Of a stretch of 64,000 bases of DNA, positions 60,902 to 64,000 are shown piece by piece. Source of the DNA: an uncultured beta proteobacterium. GTDB lineage: Bacteria > Pseudomonadota > Gammaproteobacteria > Burkholderiales > JACQAP01. Position 1 is the first letter of the stretch. Each line of letters opens with the position of its first letter. The DNA lies in contig CAVOIO010000034.1 of the NCBI GenBank assembly GCA_963695915.1, forward strand, positions 15,654 to 79,653. Direction: 5' to 3'. The notes beneath the pieces were generated by a model that saw only the letters and a list, made by a program, of their open reading frames with translations, did not search any database and had not been told where the DNA came from. A program made the position numbers and the translations under genes.

Positions 60902-62240
60902 ATGTGGGGGAGACCCCTCTCCACCGTCGTCCTGATCGGCATTCTGGCGCTGGTCTGCTGGCCGATTCTCGGCAGCGAGGGCGCCTTGCTGGTCCTCGCC
61001 GCGCTCCTTCTGGCTGTGCTTTTCCATCACCTTCTGAATCTCTCGGCGCTCTACCGCTGGCTCCAGAACCCGCGACTCGGAGAACGTTCCAGTGGGCAGC
61101 GGGGCCTGGGAGTATGTGTTCTCGCACCTGCTCAGGATGCTCAAGCAACACGAGCAAAGCGAAGTACGGCTGGGCGAGGCGCTGTCGCGCTTTCAACTCG
61201 CGGGCGCGGCGCTTCCGGACGCGGTGGTGATCCTGGGCGAGGGTGACCGAATCGAATGGTGCAACCCCAAGGCGGAGGACTACTTCGGTCTCGACAACGA
61301 AAGCGACCGCGGCCAGCAGATTACCTACATCCTGCGCCAACCACAGTTCGTCGAACACCTGTCGTCCGCCCATGTCGGTGAGTCGCTGGTGCTGCGGGTT
61401 TCGCGCGAGCTGGACGAGATCGTGCTGTCGGTGCAACTGGTTCCCTACGGCGACCGGCACAAACTCATTCTCGGACGCGACATCACCCGCTGGGAACGGC
61501 TGGAAACGACCCGGCGCGATTTCGTCGCCAACGTTTCGCACGAGTTGCGCACGCCGCTCACCGTGGTCGGCGGATTTCTCGAGACCTTGAGCGACATGAA
61601 AAAGCCGGACCCGGAAATGACGCGGCGCTCGATCATGCTCATGGCGCAGCAAACCAGCCGCATGACGCGGCTGGTGGATGACCTGCTGACATTGTCGCGA
61701 CTGGAGAGCGCGCACAATCCGGTACGCGAAGAGGACGTCAACGTCCCGGACCTCGTCAAGGCGCTGCACCAGGATGCGGTGGCGCTTTCCGCCGGCCGGC
61801 ACAAGCTGCGCGTCGGGCTCGAATCGAATGACTGGCTGAGGGGAAACACCGAGGAACTGCGCAGCGCCTTCGGCAACCTGATCAGCAATGCGGTGCGCTA
61901 TACGCCGGAAAGCGGTGAGGTGGAAATACGCTGGGAAAGGCGCGACGGCGATTCCGTGTTCGCCGTGCGGGACACCGGCATCGGCATCGAGCCGCAGCAC
62001 ATCGACCGCCTGACCGAGCGTTTCTACCGGGTGGATCGCAGCCGCTCGCGCGAAACCGGCGGCACCGGGCTGGGACTGGCAATCGTCAAGCACGTGCTCA
62101 ATCGCCACCAGGCGCGTCTCGAGGTCCAGAGCAGCCTGGGAAGCGGCAGCACCTTCTCGGTAATTTTTCCGGAAACCCGGCGCCTGCCCGCCAAAGGGCC
62201 GGCGGCGGCTTTGGTCCAGGAACCCGCGATTTCCCGTTAG
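60902..62240 (+). pseudogene. phoR: phosphate-regulon sensor histidine kinase PhoR, one frame change
   Basis: Two N-terminal TM helices, a PAS domain, H-box FVANVSHELRTPLT, N-box and G-boxes (DTGIGI, GGTGLGLAIV). Frame change near 61090. Confidence 0.9.
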
Positions 62241-62725
62241 GGTTTTCTCTCCAGCAACCCGGACAATTGCTGTTGCATCGAGCGGACGAATCCCGCCGGC
62301 AGCGGACGGGCGCCGTCCCGTTGCCTGGCTCCGAACACCGGGTTGGGAAAATGCGGATCGTCGGCAAAGCGCGGAATGATGTGCCAATGCAGGTGCGGCA
62401 CCATGTTGCCGAAGCTGGCCAGGTTGATCTTCTCCGGTGCGAGGAGTTCGCGCAGCACGCGTTCGACGACGAACACGGTATTCATCAACCGCGCACGCTC
62501 GGCTTCGGTGAGATCGGTCATCTCTTTCGTGTGGGCATTCAGGATCACCCGGCAATAGGCGGGATGATCGGCATCGCCGATCAGCACCACTCGGGCGAAG
62601 CCGTCGTTCCAGAGCACTTCGCCCCCGGCTTGCGCGCACAGCGCGCAAGCAGTGACGGGTGACGAGTGACCGGTAACTGGAGAAACCTTTCCCGTACTGA
62701 TTCTGGTCTTGGATCGGCTAGTCAC
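62237..62725 (-). CDS. HIT (histidine triad) family hydrolase; start uncertain
   Basis: ..NMVPHLHWHIIPR.. (HxHxHxx motif) and CALCAQ..EVLWNDGFARVV. As listed, the first 25 or so codons (GTG 62725) are encoded by the adjacent repeat element. Confidence 0.8.
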   Translation of the reverse strand: MTSRSKTRISTGKVSPVTGHSSPVTACALCAQAGGEVLWNDGFARVVLIGDADHPAYCRVILNAHTKEMTDLTEAERARLMNTVFVVERVLRELLAPEKINLASFGNMVPHLHWHIIPRFADDPHFPNPVFGARQRDGARPLPAGFVRSMQQQLSGLLERKP

Positions 62726-62740
62726 AAGTCACCGCTCACT
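62652..62740. repeat. tandem-heptamer inverted-repeat element (GTGACGG type) at the intI truncation point
   Basis: Left arm 62652-62677 gtgacgggtgacgagtgaccggtaac. Right arm 62721-62740 gtcacaagtcaccgctcact. The spacer is 43 nt. Confidence 0.7.
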
Positions 62741-62914
62741 ATTCGCCAGCGCCGAGGGGGGGTGGCGCTAATCGTGGACCAGCACAAACCGCGGTACCCA
62801 ATCGACATAAGACTGCTCGGTGCGGATACTATTGTGCTTGACGCGCAGCCGACCGCGGATCTGGTCCAGGAGCTTCGGTTCACTGGGCGGGACCGGGTCG
62901 GGATCAGGGCGCAT
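62735..62914 (-). pseudogene. intI: integron integrase IntI, N-terminal ~60-codon remnant with premature TAG
   Basis: MRPDPDPVPPSEPKLLDQIRGRLRVKHNSIRTEQSYVDWVPRFVLVHD*RHPPSALANSE aligns with the IntI1 N-terminus (..[47 protein letters not shown]). Everything downstream is missing. Confidence 0.7.
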
Positions 62915-62980
62915 GGCACAGTCTCCGGTAATCGCAAAATGAGCAGGATCATGAGCTTGAGCACGGTACTGTATATTTAT

Positions 62981-63034
62981 ACACCTTCCAGGTGTCTTTA
63001 CAAGCACCTCGAAGGTGTCTACTTCTAGTTAGGG
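62981..63034 (+). other. attI-like site: two tandem ~20-bp repeats each containing an inverted repeat, then GTTAGGG
   Basis: ACACCTtccAGGTGTCTttac and gCACCTcgaAGGTGTCTactt (direct repeat AGGTGTCT at 62990 and 63013), followed by the crossover-type GTTAGGG at 63028-63034, 16 nt before the first cassette ORF. Confidence 0.5.
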
Positions 63035-63050
63035 CTCGAAGGAACCGCCG

Positions 63051-63461
63051 ATGGTCGATCCGGATATCGAGAAGTTCGTTGAGATGATTGATGCAAAGGA
63101 GCCCCTCGCAGACGATGAGCACTACGTCACTTTCCGAAGGATGTTCAAGCGTCATAACTATTTTCTGTTGAAGGGACGCTTTCTCATCGTGAAGATCAGC
63201 CGCAGCGATAGGCCTTTCTGGGGTCTAGGGAAGGATTTCGTCGACTTCCTGAATGAGCTGAACAACTACTATTTGGTGCTGCTTACCTCGCCGCGCGAAG
63301 GTTGGGTCTTTCCGAAGGCTGATGTGAACGCGAACATTCGGTCGCATAAGTGGAAGCTTCGCGAGGCTGATAACAACTACAAGATCAATCCCCCGCTCCC
63401 TGATCGAGGGGCGTTCTCGGGCGCAAGTCGGTTCTATGAAAAGCTCGGAATCGAGCCCTAA
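63051..63461 (+). CDS. integron cassette ORF 1, hypothetical protein (136 aa)
   Basis: GAAGGA lies 7 nt before the ATG. The stop TAA lies inside the attC R'' box. MVDPDIEKFVEMIDAKEPLADDEHYVTF...LIVKISRSDRPFWGLGKDFVDFL..YYLVLLTSPREGWVFPKADV.. I recognise no family. Confidence 0.6.
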   Translation: MVDPDIEKFVEMIDAKEPLADDEHYVTFRRMFKRHNYFLLKGRFLIVKISRSDRPFWGLGKDFVDFLNELNNYYLVLLTSPREGWVFPKADVNANIRSHKWKLREADNNYKINPPLPDRGAFSGASRFYEKLGIEP

Positions 63462-63536
63462 CCCCCGCATCGACACGGACCCTTCACAGCAGCGCTCCGC
63501 GCTGCTGTTGCGGGCCGGTCATGCGGATCGTTAGAG
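63456..63536 (+). repeat. attC site of cassette 1 (81 bp)
   Basis: R'' ccctaac ... R' gttagag (6/7 complementary). Inner arms ccgcatcgacacggaccc / gggccggtcatgcgg pair with bulges. The central stem is perfect: cagcagcgc tcc gcgctgctg. Confidence 0.65.
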
Positions 63537-63548
63537 CGCACCCGCACC

Positions 63549-63953
63549 ATGATGAGGATTACGAGTCCCGCCGCAAATGTGATCCGTGAATGGTTGCGGT
63601 GCTCGGCAATAGCTCATCCGGCCGTTCGCCTGATTCAAACGTCGAACGCTCCGCCTGAGATTCGGCAAGCCCTCGACCGCGGAGCCCACCGAAAGGAGAT
63701 TGAAGAGATTGCGGTGAGGGAGCTTGCGAAGCAACCGAAATACCTCTATCCAGGTATTTATCCGCGCTCCCACTTCCTGTGGATCTTCACCGCGACTATC
63801 GACGGCTTTCGGTTTGCGTCTCCTTTCTTTCATCCACCATACGCACGCCGCGCGATGAGAAGAGGCGTCCTTGATGTGGCCGAACGAGGTTTGGTTCTTA
63901 AGGATGCTGATGGAACGGTTGTACTCCCCAAGCAGAGAACCGGTGCGCTCTAA
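63549..63953 (+). CDS. integron cassette ORF 2, hypothetical protein (134 aa)
   Basis: Begins 13 nt after the attC1 GTT. The stop TAA lies inside ctctaac. I recognise no family (..LYPGIYPRSHFLWIFTATIDGFRFASPFFHPPYARRAM..). Confidence 0.5.
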   Translation: MMRITSPAANVIREWLRCSAIAHPAVRLIQTSNAPPEIRQALDRGAHRKEIEEIAVRELAKQPKYLYPGIYPRSHFLWIFTATIDGFRFASPFFHPPYARRAMRRGVLDVAERGLVLKDADGTVVLPKQRTGAL

Positions 63954-64000
63954 CTTTTCGCTGCAGTCGACGCCTATCGGCGCGGCTGAGCTAGTTCGTT
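63948..64000 (+). repeat. attC site of cassette 2 (partial, cut by window end)
   Basis: R'' ctctaac, then gctgcagtcgacgcc tatc ggcgcggctgagc as an imperfect palindrome. R' cannot be assigned before the sequence ends. Confidence 0.4.

Larger units (their letters stand above)
62735..64000. mobile_element. chromosomal integron remnant (decayed intI, attI, at least 2 gene cassettes); continues beyond window
   Basis: Classic layout: intI on the minus strand, attI next to its start, and promoterless plus-strand ORFs. Each ORF ends inside an attC-like imperfect palindrome. The cassette region is visibly less GC-rich than its surroundings. Confidence 0.7.

Noticed and set aside
499-62240. Programmed ribosomal frameshifting or recoding as the cause of the broken frames
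   Set aside because: There are far too many sites, in unrelated genes. I saw no slippery heptamers or downstream pseudoknots at the junctions I inspected. Both +1 and -1 corrections are needed.
62652-64000. Mobile (class 1-like) integron or transposon
   Set aside because: No tni/transposase genes, IS elements, terminal inverted repeats or resistance cassettes are visible. The integrase is a stump embedded among chromosomal genes, so I call it a sedentary chromosomal integron remnant.
1-64000. tRNA, rRNA, riboswitch or prophage content
   Set aside because: I saw no cloverleaf-like or rRNA-like segments, no phage structural or integrase genes apart from the intI stump, and no leader recognisable to me as a riboswitch. 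This is a by-eye scan only, so tRNAscan-SE or Infernal should confirm it.

Overview
GC-rich chromosomal segment whose gene content looks betaproteobacterial. This is an inference from synteny: yggS-proC-yggT-yggU beside divergent pilT-pilU, ubiE-ubiJ-ubiB, aceE-aceF, nadD-rsfS-rlmH-maf-rng and hemJ. I recognise about 59 protein-coding genes and saw no rRNA, tRNA, CRISPR array, IS element or transposase.

Gene content, in order:
- partial class II aldolase, phaC, corA
- two tandem PBP-fold paralogues
- an Lrp-type regulator divergent from a fused indolepyruvate:ferredoxin oxidoreductase, then icmF
- a seven-gene acyl-CoA-ligase / ABC-importer / PaaK-like operon, and an AhpD-like gene
- aceE-aceF, nadD-rsfS-rlmH-maf-rng, cbpA-cbpM, a GFA-family gene
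- a dynamin-like GTPase coupled to yggU
- pilT-pilU, a THUMP methyltransferase, a HIRAN protein, hemJ, mgtA, nodIJ-like exporter genes
- potABCD, an OprP-like porin, ubiE/J/B, phoBR, a HIT protein
- at the right edge, a decayed chromosomal integron

Three things are not ordinary:
1. At least 11 intergenic sites, mostly intercistronic, carry an element with one shared architecture. A purine-rich arm of tandem 7-8-mers is followed by an AT-richer unique spacer and then a pyrimidine-rich arm complementary to that same locus. The repeat unit differs from locus to locus. Related repeat tracts also sit in frame inside aceE, icmF and yggS. I do not recognise this as a described repeat family, and it is my top candidate for something new.
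2. An integron remnant lies at 62.7-64.0 kb. It has about 60 codons of intI with a premature stop, an attI-like site and at least two cassettes of unknown function with attC sites. It continues beyond the window.
3. About 36 of the 59 genes have broken reading frames. I traced roughly 80 single-base frame changes by hand, so the count is approximate. The breaks are clustered and hit essential genes, which favours assembly or sequencing error over real decay. I cannot settle that from the sequence alone.

All calls rest on reading the six-frame translations and the nucleotide sequence. No database search was run.
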